Source of the DNA: an uncultured Verrucomicrobiae bacterium
Lineage (GTDB): Bacteria; Verrucomicrobiota; Verrucomicrobiia; Chthoniobacterales; Chthoniobacteraceae
DNA length: 64,000 nucleotides
NCBI GenBank assembly: GCA_963769025.1
Contig: CAVYKI010000002.1
Coordinates: 1-64,000 of the forward strand
Reading direction: 5' to 3'
The notes under the pieces are model-generated. The model ran no database searches. It was not told the origin of the DNA and saw only the letters and a program-made list of their open reading frames with translations. This document shows positions 48,077 through 58,465 of the stretch, one piece after another. Both the position numbers and the translations under genes were made by a program. The number at the start of each line of letters is the position of its first letter. The stretch's first letter is position 1.

Positions 48077-48361
48077 GTGCATTTCAAACGCTACTTTGTC
48101 GAAGGCCTCGCCCAGGCGTCCTATCTCATCGGTGACGGCGGGGAGGCTGCCGTCATCGATCCCAAGCGCCTCGCCGAGATCCCGCACGACCGCGCACTGG
48201 CCGTGATGTGCGGCAGCGGCTACCGCAGTTCGATCGCGGCGAGTCTGCTGCAGGCGCGAGGTTTTGCGCAGGTGGAAAATGTGATGGGCGGCATGGCCGC
48301 ATACCTCGAAGCAGATTGTCCGGAGTGGCATCCCGCCGACCTGGTCTTCGGCGCGGAATGA
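48077..48361 (+). pseudogene. Internally deleted MBL-rhodanese gene
   Basis: MBL N-terminus GLAQASYLIGDGGEAAVIDPKR fused in frame to rhodanese C-terminus LAEIPHDRALAVMCGSGYRS. Confidence 0.8.
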
Positions 48362-48454
48362 GGCGGCAAGCCTCGATCGCACCACTGCCGCCGCGCCGGA
48401 ACGCCAATGAGCTCTTGATGCATCCGATCCGTCGCACGCTTTCCATTCGCTAAA

Positions 48455-49457
48455 ATGGCTCGAATCAAAATCGCAGTGCTCGGCGCAGGCAACATGGGGT
48501 CCGCGATGGCTCACGCGCTCGCTGGAAACGGACACGCCGTGGCGCTCTGGGATTTCTTTCCCGAAGTCGTCCGAAGCATCCGCCGCCACGGCGAGAATCG
48601 GCGCTTCCTCCCCGGCATCCGCCTGCACGCCGGGGTCCGAGCCATTGCCGACGCCACAGAGTGTGTCGCTGGCGCAGCGCTCGTTGTGATCAGCGTGCCG
48701 TCGGCTTTCGTTTCCGCGACGCTGGCCCCGGTCGTGCCCGCGCTGGAGAAAGGCGCGGTCCTGCTGAATCTCGCGAAAGGTTTCGCACCACGGACGCGGG
48801 AACCATTGCCATTCGTCATGGGCCGTATGGCACCGGGGCATCCGTGCGTGCATCTGGCCGGACCGGCGATCGCCAATGAAATCGCACGCGGCCTGCCTGC
48901 ATCCATCGTCTTGGCGGCCGGAAGATGAGCGGGTCGCCAGACGCGTCGCCGGTTGGCTCGTCGGCCCTGCATTCATCGCCACTACCTCGACGGACGTGCC
49001 CGGCGCGGTGCTCGGAGGCATCCTCAAAAATGTCTATGCCATCCTCCTCGGCGCCCTCGAAACGCTGAGCGGCGGTTCACGCAATCTCGAAGCCGCGGCG
49101 CTCAGCGCCAGCGTGCATGAGATGGCCGCCATCGCGGGCGCGCACGGTGGAAAAGCGGCCACGCTATTCGGATTGGCGGGGCTGGGGAATTTGGTCGCGA
49201 CGGGATTCTCCCGCGACAGCCACAACCGTAAGTTCGGCCAGTTGCTCGCTTCAGGGAAAGCCCGGACGGAGATTGAAAAGGAGATGCGCTGGCTTCCGGA
49301 GGGCGTGCGTGCTGCGAGCGCTGCCTGTGCTCTCGCCCGCTCCGGAAAGGTGCGCGCGCCCGTGGCAGGATTGGTTCACCGTTGGATCGCGGGCAGCACT
49401 CCTTCGCTTGATGGCATTGTCCGCGTTATGCAAAGCGCACGGGTGAAGGTCTCCTGA
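48455..49457 (+). CDS. gpsA: NAD(P)H-dependent glycerol-3-phosphate dehydrogenase (frameshift about 48920)
   Basis: VLGAGNMGSA, NLAKG, LAGPAIANE, GGILKNVYAI, GLAGLGNLVAT, SHNRKFG, PEGV. Confidence 0.85.
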
Positions 49458-49460
49458 GTG

Positions 49461-51051
49461 ATGTCTTCCGCCGATTTGATTTTCGCAGCAGGGCCGATTC
49501 TGCTGCTCGTCTTCTTGATGACGAAGAAGAGGCCGATGCCCTCCGCGCGCGCACTGCCGCTCGCGGCGCTCGTGGCCTACGTGGCGCGGCTCGCGTGGTT
49601 CGGTACGGATGCCACGCTCGTGAACGCCTCGGTGCTGGCGGGATTGCTGGTCGCGCTGACTCCGATCCTCATCGTATGGGGCGCGATCTTTTTCTTCCGC
49701 ACGATGGAGCACTGCGGGGCGATGGAAACGATCCGCCGTTGGCTCAATCACCTCTCCCGCAATCGCGTCGCGCAGGTCGTCATCATCGGCTGGTCGTTTC
49801 AGTTTCTCATCGAAGGCGCGAGCGGCTTCGGCACACCCGCTGCGCTCGCCGGGCCGTTGCTGGTGGGCCTCGGCTTTCCGCCGCTGCGGGTGGCGATGTC
49901 CTGCCTCATTCTGAACAGCGTCCCCGTCTCATTCGGAGCGGTCGGCACGCCGACGTGGTTTGGATTCGGGCAGCTCGGATTGAGCGCGGAGGAATTTCGC
50001 GCCGTGGCATGGAAGACCGCGCTCATCCACTGCGCCGCCGCATGCGTCATCCCGCTGCTGGCGTTCCGTCTTTTGCTGAGTTGGCAGGAAATCCGGCGCA
50101 ATCTCGCGTTCATCTACCTCGCGCTCGCGGCGAGCATGGTGCCGATGTTCCTGCTCGCGCTGGTGGACGATGAATTCCCCACCGTCGCCGGCGGCTTGAT
50201 CGGACTGCTCGCCGCCGTGTGGCTCGCGCGTCATCGCATCGGCCTCGCCGATGAAAAGGATGCCGCCGTGGAAACGACCGCAGCGCCCTCCACTCGCGAG
50301 ATCGTGAAGGCGCTCTTTCCGATTTGGGGCACCGTGCTCGTGCTGCTCGCCACGCGGATTCCCTCGCTCGGTCTGCGCGGACTGCTCACCGCCGCCGCGC
50401 CCGCGTGGGAATTTGGACTCGGCAGCCTCGGCACTTTTTCCATCAGCCCCGCGCTTGGTGCTGAGCCTGCGCGGGATTTTCGGCACGGACACCGACTGGA
50501 CGCACCAGCTTCTCTACGTCCCGTCGTTCATCCCCTTCGTCCTGATCTCGCTCATCTCGTGGCGACTGCTCGCCGCACCGCCCGGCACTCCGGGAAAGGT
50601 GTGGCGCGAATCCGCCGAGCGAATGCGCAATCCGATCTTTGCGCTCCTTGGCGCATTGGTTTTTGTGCGCCTGATGATGGTCGGTGGCGACAAGTCCTCC
50701 GCCATGCTCATCGGACACTCGCTGGCTTCGGTCACCGGCGGCTGGTGGCAATACCTCGCCTCCTACCTCGGCGCGCTCGGCTCGTTCTTCGCCGGGTCGT
50801 GCACCATCTCGAATCTCACCTTCGGCCCGATTCAGGACTCCATTGCCACGCGGATGGGCTTCGATCGCACGACCATCCTCGCCCTGCAATCCGTCGGCGG
50901 CGCGATGGGCAACATGGTCGCCATCCACAATATCGTCGCCGTGTGTTCCGTGCTCGGCCTGGGCAACGCGGAGGGCGCGATCCTCAAAAAGACGATCGGT
51001 CCGATGCTGCTCTACGGTGTTATCGCCGCCGTCATCGCCGGGTTGATCTGA
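49461..51051 (+). CDS. lctP: L-lactate permease (frameshift about 50455)
   Basis: FLIEGASGFGTPAAL, PVSFGAVGTP, GSCTISNLTFG, QSVGGAMGNM. Confidence 0.9.
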
Positions 51052-51130
51052 ACATCATGAAATGGAGCAACTGGCTCGTGCTTGGAAGGAATCATGGCAA
51101 AGCCACAGCGATCCTGCCAAAGTTCAGACC

Positions 51131-51490
51131 ATGAAACTCACGCCCTTCATCCTCCCCGCACTTTCCGCCGGCCTTCTGCTTTCCTCCTGCGAAAAGCCGG
51201 CGCCTGGGCCGGACGCGCAGAAGGTTGACTCAAAGCCCGAGAAAAGCACGCCAGCCGCGTCCGCTGCTGTGGAGTCCCCGGCGATCGATGCCGACAAGCT
51301 GCTGCAGGGCTTCAGTTCCGCGGGGCCGGAGGAGAAAAGCCGCGTCGGAAAGGCCGCGCAGGCGATTCGCGCGGAAAGCTACTCCGCCGCCCGGGAGATC
51401 CTGGAACACCTGCTCAAAGAAGGCCACCTGACTCCCGAGCAGAAGGAACTGGTGACCGGATTTGTCGCTCAGCTTCCGAAGGCGAAGTAG
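51131..51490 (+). CDS. Hypothetical lipoprotein
   Basis: Lipobox LSSC after MKLTPFILPALSAGLL. Confidence 0.7.
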   Translation: MKLTPFILPALSAGLLLSSCEKPAPGPDAQKVDSKPEKSTPAASAAVESPAIDADKLLQGFSSAGPEEKSRVGKAAQAIRAESYSAAREILEHLLKEGHLTPEQKELVTGFVAQLPKAK

Positions 51491-51589
51491 CACAGGAGTG
51501 CCAATGGAGCCAATTGCTCCAGCGCTCGCCATTCTTCTCCGCACTGAAACGTTCGTATTCCGCGCGCCACTGCGCCGTCATTCATTTCC

Positions 51590-53257
51590 ATGAAAGCATC
51601 ATCCCAGAAAACTATCATCATCGTCGGTGGCGTCGCGGGCGGCGCTTCTTGTGCAACGCGTCTGCGCCGCATGGATGAAAATGCGGAGATCATCGTCCTT
51701 GAACGCGGGCCGTTTGCTTCGTTCGCGAATTGCGGGCTGCCATATTTCGTTGGTGGCGTCATCGAGCAGGAGGACGATCTGCTCGTCGCCAAAGGCCCCC
51801 TTTTCAAAGACCGTTTTGCCATCGACCTGCGCACAGGACACGAGGCCGTGGCGATTGATCGCGAAGCGCGGGTGGTGGAGGTGCGCGATCTCGCTTCGGG
51901 GAAAAGTTACCGCCAGCACTACGATGCGCTGGTCCTTGCGCCTGGTGCAGCGCCGCTCCGTCCGCCGTTGCCGGGCATTGATCTGCCGGGCATCTTCACG
52001 GTGCGCAGCATCCCGGACAGCCGGCACATCAAGGAATGGATCCGGCACCACGTTGCGAAGTCCGCAGTGATCGTCGGCGGGGGATTCATCGGACTGGAGA
52101 TGGCGGAAAATCTCAGGCACCTCGGGCTCGATGTGACTGTGATCGAGATGCTCCCCCAGGTCATGCCGCCGATGGATGCGGAGATGGTCGCTCCGGTGCA
52201 TGCGCATCTCGCCGCGCATGGAGTGAAGCTTGTGCTGGGCGCGACCGTCGCGGGATTTGCTGCAAACGATGCCCGCATCGATGTGCAGACGAAGGAAGGC
52301 GCGACGCACCCCGCCGATGTCGTCATTCTCGCCATCGGCGTCCGTCCGGAGACGGCGCTCGCCAAAGCCGCCGGACTCGCCCTCGGCGAACGCGGCGGCA
52401 TCCGCGTGGACGAACAGATGCAGACTGGCGACCCGCACATCTGGGCGGTCGGCGATGCGGTGGAAGTGCGCGACCGCATCACGGGCGCGTGGACGCTGCT
52501 CGCGCTCGCCGGTCCCGCAAATCGCCAGGGACGCATCGCCGCCGATGCCATTTGCGGACGGCCTGCGGCATTTCACGGCACGCAAGGCACGGCGATTTGC
52601 GGCTTCTTCGGCCTCGCCGTCGCCTCCACAGGCGCGAGCGAAAAGGTGCTGCAACGCGCGGGCATCACGGACTACGAGAAGATCTACCTGCACGCCGGGC
52701 ACCACGCCGGCTACTATCCCGGCGCGGAGAAAATTCATCTGAAGCTGATTTTCCGCACTACGGATGGCCGCGTCCTCGGCGCACAGGTCGTCGGCAAGGC
52801 GGGCGTGGACAAGCGCATCGATGTCCTCGCGATGGCGATCCAGAAAGGCGCGACCGTTTACGATCTCGAAGAAGCGGAACTGTGCTACGCGCCGCAGTTC
52901 GGCACCGCCAAGGACCCGATCAACTTTGCGGGAATGATCGCCTCCAATCATCTGCGCGGCGATGACCCGGTCCTGCACTGGCAAAGCTCGCGGCTCGCGA
53001 CCTTCGAGCTGCTCGATGTGCGTGACCCGGACGAATTCGCCGACGGCCATGCGCCGGGTGCGCGCAATCTCCCGCTCAATACGCTGCGAGACTCACTCGG
53101 CGAGTTGTCCAAGGAGCGACTGCTCGCAGTTTACTGCGCGGTGGGCGCGCGCGCGCACAATGCCGTGCGCCTCCTTCGCCAACACGGCTTCAACGCCGTG
53201 AACCTCTCCGGCGGCTACACCACCTTTCGTCACGTCACCGCCGAAACCCCGGGATGA
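51590..53257 (+). CDS. CoA-disulfide/persulfide reductase with C-terminal rhodanese (CoADR-RHD, Npsr-like)
   Basis: GGVAGGAS, SFANCGLPY, GGGFIGLEMAE, ELCYAPQF, rhodanese YCAVGARA. Confidence 0.93.
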   Translation: MKASSQKTIIIVGGVAGGASCATRLRRMDENAEIIVLERGPFASFANCGLPYFVGGVIEQEDDLLVAKGPLFKDRFAIDLRTGHEAVAIDREARVVEVRDLASGKSYRQHYDALVLAPGAAPLRPPLPGIDLPGIFTVRSIPDSRHIKEWIRHHVAKSAVIVGGGFIGLEMAENLRHLGLDVTVIEMLPQVMPPMDAEMVAPVHAHLAAHGVKLVLGATVAGFAANDARIDVQTKEGATHPADVVILAIGVRPETALAKAAGLALGERGGIRVDEQMQTGDPHIWAVGDAVEVRDRITGAWTLLALAGPANRQGRIAADAICGRPAAFHGTQGTAICGFFGLAVASTGASEKVLQRAGITDYEKIYLHAGHHAGYYPGAEKIHLKLIFRTTDGRVLGAQVVGKAGVDKRIDVLAMAIQKGATVYDLEEAELCYAPQFGTAKDPINFAGMIASNHLRGDDPVLHWQSSRLATFELLDVRDPDEFADGHAPGARNLPLNTLRDSLGELSKERLLAVYCAVGARAHNAVRLLRQHGFNAVNLSGGYTTFRHVTAETPG

Positions 53258-53793
53258 AAGCCGCTGCCAGGCTCAGCTTCGCCGTGGTGGGCTGTGCCGG
53301 CCTCGCGGGCTTCGTGCTGTGGTGGCTCGCAGATCACCGGCGCGGCATCGCATGGGCAGTTTCCGTCGTGCGCGCCCGCTTTCCCGACGTGTCTCATCTG
53401 TCCCCGTCATCGCTCGACGCCTGGCTGCACGGAGCGCAACGCTCCGCACCGCAGGTCGTGGACGCGCGTTCGGAGGAGGAATTCGAGACGAGCCATCTGC
53501 CCGGTGCCCGGCGCATGGATCCCGAATCCACCGCGTCAACCGCCCTGGCCTCACTCGATGCAGAGCGTCCTGTGGTCATCTACTGCTCCGCGGGTCATCG
53601 CGCCGCGACTCTCGCCCGTCGCCTGCAGGGTGCCGGTCGCCATGACGTATGGAATCTGGAAGGTGGCATTTTCGCCTGGGCGAACTCGTCCCTTCCTCTC
53701 GAAAGCGCCGGACAACCCGTGCATCGCGTGCATTTTTACATCCGCATTTTTTCCCGGCTGTTGAAGCCACAAAAACGTCATTCCTCACCATGA
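53254..53793 (+). CDS. Membrane-anchored rhodanese-domain protein
   Basis: N-terminal TM helix, DARSEEEFETSHLPGA, YCSAGHRA, NLEGGIFAW. Confidence 0.85.
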   Translation: MKAAARLSFAVVGCAGLAGFVLWWLADHRRGIAWAVSVVRARFPDVSHLSPSSLDAWLHGAQRSAPQVVDARSEEEFETSHLPGARRMDPESTASTALASLDAERPVVIYCSAGHRAATLARRLQGAGRHDVWNLEGGIFAWANSSLPLESAGQPVHRVHFYIRIFSRLLKPQKRHSSP

Positions 53794-53873
53794 TGAAAGG
53801 GATTCCGGCGGCATAAGGCATCGCGGCAAAGCCGGGGGCGCGGATGTGTTGTCAGTGAGAGTGATCGCTTTTC

Positions 53874-54047
53874 GGCTCGGGGAACTGGGACGCGTGCAGC
53901 CTGCGATTAACCTTCGAATTCAATGTCGAACACCACAGCGCGAACTGGGCCAGCGACTCGAAGCCCTCGTGCAATCCTGGCGCGCCGCCGCCCGCCGCCG
54001 GTGAAGCTGCGCGATGGCATCGCGCGGCTGTTTTTCCGTGCTTGTGA
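53874..54047 (+). pseudogene. Cardiolipin synthase / PLD-family 3' remnant
   Basis: GSGNWDACSLRLTFEFNVE then RELGQRLEALVQS and VKLRDGIARLF in shifting frames, matching the Cls C-terminus pattern GSANxDxRSLxLNFE. Confidence 0.65.
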
Positions 54048-54077
54048 AATGAAGCACGCCAGATTCACCCGCTGCCG

Positions 54078-54740
54078 ATGAGTGATCCCGAACATTCGCC
54101 CCTGCCTGCCGACTCCGACACGCCCGCGCCGCCTGCGCTTTTGTCGTCTGATCTCTCGGCTTTGCGGGCTCGTTCCGCCGGAAAGCCGCTCACCGTGGAC
54201 GAGCTGGAGAAGGCGCTCAAGGGCCGCGGATTCGCGATGCTCCTGCTGTTGCTCGCGCTGCCGTTTTGCATCATTCCCGTGCCGGGCCTCTCCACGCCAT
54301 TTGGCATCGCGGTCTTCCTCATCGGCATCCGGCTCGCCGCCGGACGGAAACCGTGGCTGCCGGCATTTGTGCTGCGAAGGAGCATCCCTCCCGCGGCGCT
54401 GGCCAGGATTCTCGACGGCGGCATCCGCTTCGCGCTCACGATGGAAAAATGCGTCAGGCCGCGGATGCATTTCCTCCAGCGCTGGCCGGGCATGATGAAC
54501 TTGATCGGCCTCGGCATCACCTCAGGCGGGCTCCTGCTCCTGCTGCCGCTGCCGATTCCTTTCACCAACACAATCCCGGCGTGGGCCGTGGTGTTCCTGA
54601 CTGCCGGCATGATGGAGCGCGACGGCCTGCTCGTCTTGCTCGGCCACGTGATGACGCTCGTCTCCTGGGCGTACTTCGGCCTGTGCTGGCTGCTCGGCGT
54701 CAAAGGCTTTGACAAGCTGCTCGACGCTCTCCGGGGTTGA
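54078..54740 (+). CDS. ExoD-family membrane protein
   Basis: RGFAMLLLLLALP..IPVPG, KPWLP, LPLPIPFTNTIPA, ERDGLL. Confidence 0.88.
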   Translation: MSDPEHSPLPADSDTPAPPALLSSDLSALRARSAGKPLTVDELEKALKGRGFAMLLLLLALPFCIIPVPGLSTPFGIAVFLIGIRLAAGRKPWLPAFVLRRSIPPAALARILDGGIRFALTMEKCVRPRMHFLQRWPGMMNLIGLGITSGGLLLLLPLPIPFTNTIPAWAVVFLTAGMMERDGLLVLLGHVMTLVSWAYFGLCWLLGVKGFDKLLDALRG

Positions 54741-54759
54741 ATATCCACGCGCACCCGCT

Positions 54760-56328
54760 TTACGGCGGCGTGCCGGGCCTGAGGCGTCCGCTCTTTTCAA
54801 ACCACTCCATGAAGGTATCCGCGGACGCGTTGGAATTGAGGATCGCGGTGCCGCCGAGTTGCTCGATCTGTGCGGCGTGAGCGGCTTCAAAGACACGCGT
54901 CACCACGGGCACGCCGGGAGCGTGGCGGAGCACTTTTGCGGCGTCTTCCACGCGCCGCATCGAGGCGATGATGAGCTTCGCCTCTCTCGCGCCGGCCCGC
55001 TGCAGGGTCTTTTCATCCGAGCCGTCGCCGGGCAGGCACGGGATGCCAGCGCTTTCCATTTGGGCGATCACGGCGGGATCGTCATCCACGACAAGAATCT
55101 CGTGCCCCCCGGACCGCAGCGGTTTCACCACCCACATCCCGGCGGCGCCGAAGCCGAGCAGCAGGACGTGGCCGCGCGGGGCGCCCTCGGCGCGCAGTCG
55201 CCTCCGCAGCGGATGCAGGTGCAACAGCCAGCGCGTGACGCGGTCGGTGGCGACAAACGGGGTGAGCGTCATCGTGAGCACGGCGAGCAGCGCGATGACA
55301 CTGAATACCTCCGGCGCGATGTGCCCAAGGTGGAGGCCGGTCAGCCCGAGGATGAGCGAAAACTCGCTGGTCTGCGCGAGCAGCAGGCCGCTCTCGATTG
55401 AGGCCCGCGAGGAGAGGCCGCATCTTTCCGCGACCGCGGCGACGAGCAGCGGCGTGCCGACCAGAAAGATCGCGGCGAGCGCCAACGCCTTCAGGAGCAG
55501 CGCGCCTCCGGGCAGGATGAGGCTTTCGCCGAGCGCGATGAAAAAGACCGCGCCGAAGAAATCCGAGAACGTGGTCAACTGGCCCCGCACCACGCCGCTG
55601 AGGGGAAATGCCGAGAGCGCGAAGCCGGCGAGGAATGCCCCGGCGATGGCGGGAAGGCCGAGTGCGGAGGCCAGGCCGAGGAAGAGGAAGAGCGTCGCGA
55701 GCACGGTGAGCAGGAGCGTTTCCTCGTCGGGCCGTTTGCGTAGGAGAAGCCAAGGCAGCACCCAGCGCTGGCCGATGACCGCCAGCGCGCCGAGCAGCGC
55801 CGCGCCGCCGAGACCGGCGGCCATGGCAGGCGGTCCGCCGGGACTGCGCGCGAGGACGACGATGGCCACGATCATCGCGAGGTCCTGGATGAGTTGCACG
55901 CCGACGACCAGCCGTGCGAATGGCTCAAAGGTAAGCTGCCGCCGCCGCAGTTCGCGGAGTGCCACGAGAGTGGAACTGGTGGAGAGCGCGAGTGCGAGAT
56001 AGAGCGCGGTGGTCGGCTCGAAGCCGAGCAGCCGCGCGACAAAAAAGGCGCTCAGGCCCGACACGCTGAAATGCACGGCTGCGACCCACGCGGCCGCCCG
56101 GCGCTGCGACGCAAAGCGGCGCGGATTCAGCTCCACGCCCGCGGCGAAGACGAGGAAGGCCAGGCCGAGTTCGAGCACATTGCGGAGCGATTCCCGCGGC
56201 GGGGTGAGACCGAGCAGCGAAAGACCGAGGCCGGTGCACAGCAGGACGGGAAGCGCCGGCACGCGCAGCCAGCGCGCGACGCCGAGGCCGAGCGCGGCGA
56301 GCAGCAGGATGACGGCGAGCGCGCTCAT
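54760..56328 (-). CDS. CPA2 cation:proton antiporter with TrkA-N domain
   Basis: LVFAAGVELN, STSSTLV, LIQDL, LLAQTSEFSLIL, LLGFGAAG. Confidence 0.9.
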   Translation of the reverse strand: MSALAVILLLAALGLGVARWLRVPALPVLLCTGLGLSLLGLTPPRESLRNVLELGLAFLVFAAGVELNPRRFASQRRAAAWVAAVHFSVSGLSAFFVARLLGFEPTTALYLALALSTSSTLVALRELRRRQLTFEPFARLVVGVQLIQDLAMIVAIVVLARSPGGPPAMAAGLGGAALLGALAVIGQRWVLPWLLLRKRPDEETLLLTVLATLFLFLGLASALGLPAIAGAFLAGFALSAFPLSGVVRGQLTTFSDFFGAVFFIALGESLILPGGALLLKALALAAIFLVGTPLLVAAVAERCGLSSRASIESGLLLAQTSEFSLILGLTGLHLGHIAPEVFSVIALLAVLTMTLTPFVATDRVTRWLLHLHPLRRRLRAEGAPRGHVLLLGFGAAGMWVVKPLRSGGHEILVVDDDPAVIAQMESAGIPCLPGDGSDEKTLQRAGAREAKLIIASMRRVEDAAKVLRHAPGVPVVTRVFEAAHAAQIEQLGGTAILNSNASADTFMEWFEKSGRLRPGTPP

Positions 56329-57959
56329 CGGGTGAGGAATCCCATGCGCTCCAGTTCGCGGTTCATCAGTTTCACACCGTCCACTTTCGGAATCATGAGG
56401 TAGTCGGCGTCCACCTTGAGCAGGTTGTCCGTCTGGGAGAGGTCCACGACGTGGATCGCGCAGGGCACGCCGAAACTGCGGCAACGGTAGGCGAGCAGGT
56501 CGTTCGCCTCCTCGATTCGCAGCGCGGCGACGAGCAGCTTCGCGTGCGGCAGGCCGGCTTCCTCGAGCACCGCGAGGTAGTCGGCGTTGCCCATCATCGT
56601 CTCGCACGGCAGACCGGCCAGCTTCGCGGGATCGGTGTCGATCGCCAGCACGCGCTCGCCGCTTTCAATCAGCCGCTGAGCGAGGATGCGCCCGAGCGTG
56701 TTCATGCCGACGATGATGACGTGGCCGCGCCGCGCCGGCTCCGCGCGCGGCTCGTCGTTGATTTGCGCCGCGCCGAAGATTCGCAGCAGGCGGAGCTTTC
56801 GCGCGAGGCGGTAGAGCTCGTGGTTGTAGAGAATCATGTAGGCGGAGATGGCGATGGTGGCCACGCCGACAAGCGCGGTGATGGAAAGGATCGAGGGTGC
56901 GATCAACCCGGTGGAGACGCCCATCGCGGCGAAGATGAATGAGAACTCGCTGATCTGCGCCACCGTGACGCTTGTCAAAAAGGAGGTCCGCTCGCCGTAA
57001 CCCATGCGGGCGATGATCCACATGAAGATGAGCGGATTGCCGATGAGCACGAACAGCGAAAGGAGCAGCGTGGCCCCGGCGTGTTCCGCGGCGGCGCCGA
57101 GTTCCATGCGGATGCCGAGCGAGACAAAGAAGACGGCGATGAAGAAATTCATCAGCGGATGGACGCGGCGGCGAAGTTCCTGATTGTACGGCAACTGCGC
57201 GAGGCTGATGCCTGCGAGAAACGCGCCGATCTCCAGCGACAAGTGCAGCGCCTGCGCCGCCAGCACGATGAGGAAACACCACGACAGGCTCCACACGAAG
57301 AGCATCTCCGGCGAACGCGCCGCCCAGACGAACGGCCGGGGCAGCACGTAGCGCGCCGCAAGCAGCACCGCGGTGAGCAGCACGGCCATGCCGCCAAAGG
57401 CCACCCCCAGCCCGCGCGCGACCGCGCCAAAGCCCGGCTCCGCATCCGCGCCGAGACCCGCGAGGAAAGTCAGGATGAGGATCGCCACGAGATCCTGGAC
57501 GAGAAAGATGCCCACGGCGATCCGACCGTAGAGGCTGTCGAGTTCCTTCTTTTCATCGAGCAGCTTCACCACCACCACCGTGCTGCTGAAGGTGAGCGCG
57601 GTGGCGAGAAAGGTCGCCTCCATCATCGTGAACCCGAGCCCCCAGCAGAACGCGAAGCCACCCAGCGCCGTGAACGCCACCTGGCCCAGCCCGGCGACGA
57701 TGGCCACCTTTCCCACATCGCGCACTTTGGCAAAGCTCAGCTCCAGTCCGACGACAAAGAGCAGCAGCGCGATGCCCGCCTCGGAAATGTGCGCCAGCGC
57801 CTCGGTGACTTTGACCAGCCCCGCCAGTGGCCCGAGCACCAGCCCCGCGAGCAGGTACGCGACAATGGCGGGCATCTTCACGAGCCGCGCGAGCAGCGCA
57901 AACAACGCCGCCGTGACGATGAGGATGCCGAGGCTGCGCAGGAACGTCTCGTCGATCAT
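56325..57959 (-). CDS. CPA2 cation:proton antiporter with TrkA-N domain (paralog)
   Basis: LLFVVGLELS, FSSTVVVVK, FLVQDL, AQISEFSFI, IVGMNTLG. Confidence 0.92.
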   Translation of the reverse strand: MIDETFLRSLGILIVTAALFALLARLVKMPAIVAYLLAGLVLGPLAGLVKVTEALAHISEAGIALLLFVVGLELSFAKVRDVGKVAIVAGLGQVAFTALGGFAFCWGLGFTMMEATFLATALTFSSTVVVVKLLDEKKELDSLYGRIAVGIFLVQDLVAILILTFLAGLGADAEPGFGAVARGLGVAFGGMAVLLTAVLLAARYVLPRPFVWAARSPEMLFVWSLSWCFLIVLAAQALHLSLEIGAFLAGISLAQLPYNQELRRRVHPLMNFFIAVFFVSLGIRMELGAAAEHAGATLLLSLFVLIGNPLIFMWIIARMGYGERTSFLTSVTVAQISEFSFIFAAMGVSTGLIAPSILSITALVGVATIAISAYMILYNHELYRLARKLRLLRIFGAAQINDEPRAEPARRGHVIIVGMNTLGRILAQRLIESGERVLAIDTDPAKLAGLPCETMMGNADYLAVLEEAGLPHAKLLVAALRIEEANDLLAYRCRSFGVPCAIHVVDLSQTDNLLKVDADYLMIPKVDGVKLMNRELERMGFLTR

Positions 57960-57983
57960 GGCGTCGCGGAAAAAGAACCGAGG

Positions 57984-58069
57984 CTATTCATACCCCATGA
58001 CCTCGCTGACGACGTCCTCCAGCGTGACCAGCCCGGTGCTCCGGGCGCCGCGTCGCGCACCAGCGCCAT
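57984..58069 (-). pseudogene. CBS-domain (HlyC/CorC-type) C-terminal remnant
   Basis: MALVRDAA / RSTGLVTLEDVVSEVMG across one frameshift. Confidence 0.6.
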
Positions 58070-58465
58070 GAAGCAGGGAAACGAAGCGAAGTTCGCGACG
58101 GCGCAGCCAAGCAAAAGGATATGCATGGCGCAGTGAATCAAAGGCCAGGCCCTGCTGCGATGCTGTTGTGCCGTCAGGCACCTTTAAATGCGTGAGCGCC
58201 CTGGTTTCGCGCGACCAGATGGTGACGATCGTGCTCTGCTGATCGTCAAGGCGGGCCGTGCGGTCGCAATAATTGCAGAGATAAGGGCGGGTGCAGCGTG
58301 CATCTCACGGTTCTCAACAGGAAGGCGCCCGCCCGCGCCGCCGTGAATTCCACACAGGTGAGGCATCGGTAGTGCGTGCCGCTCAGATTGCCGCCACGAC
58401 GCTGCAGAATGGTGAAATCGCCACGCTGAAATTCACCGATGCGTGCGCCTCACACACCGCGAGTA

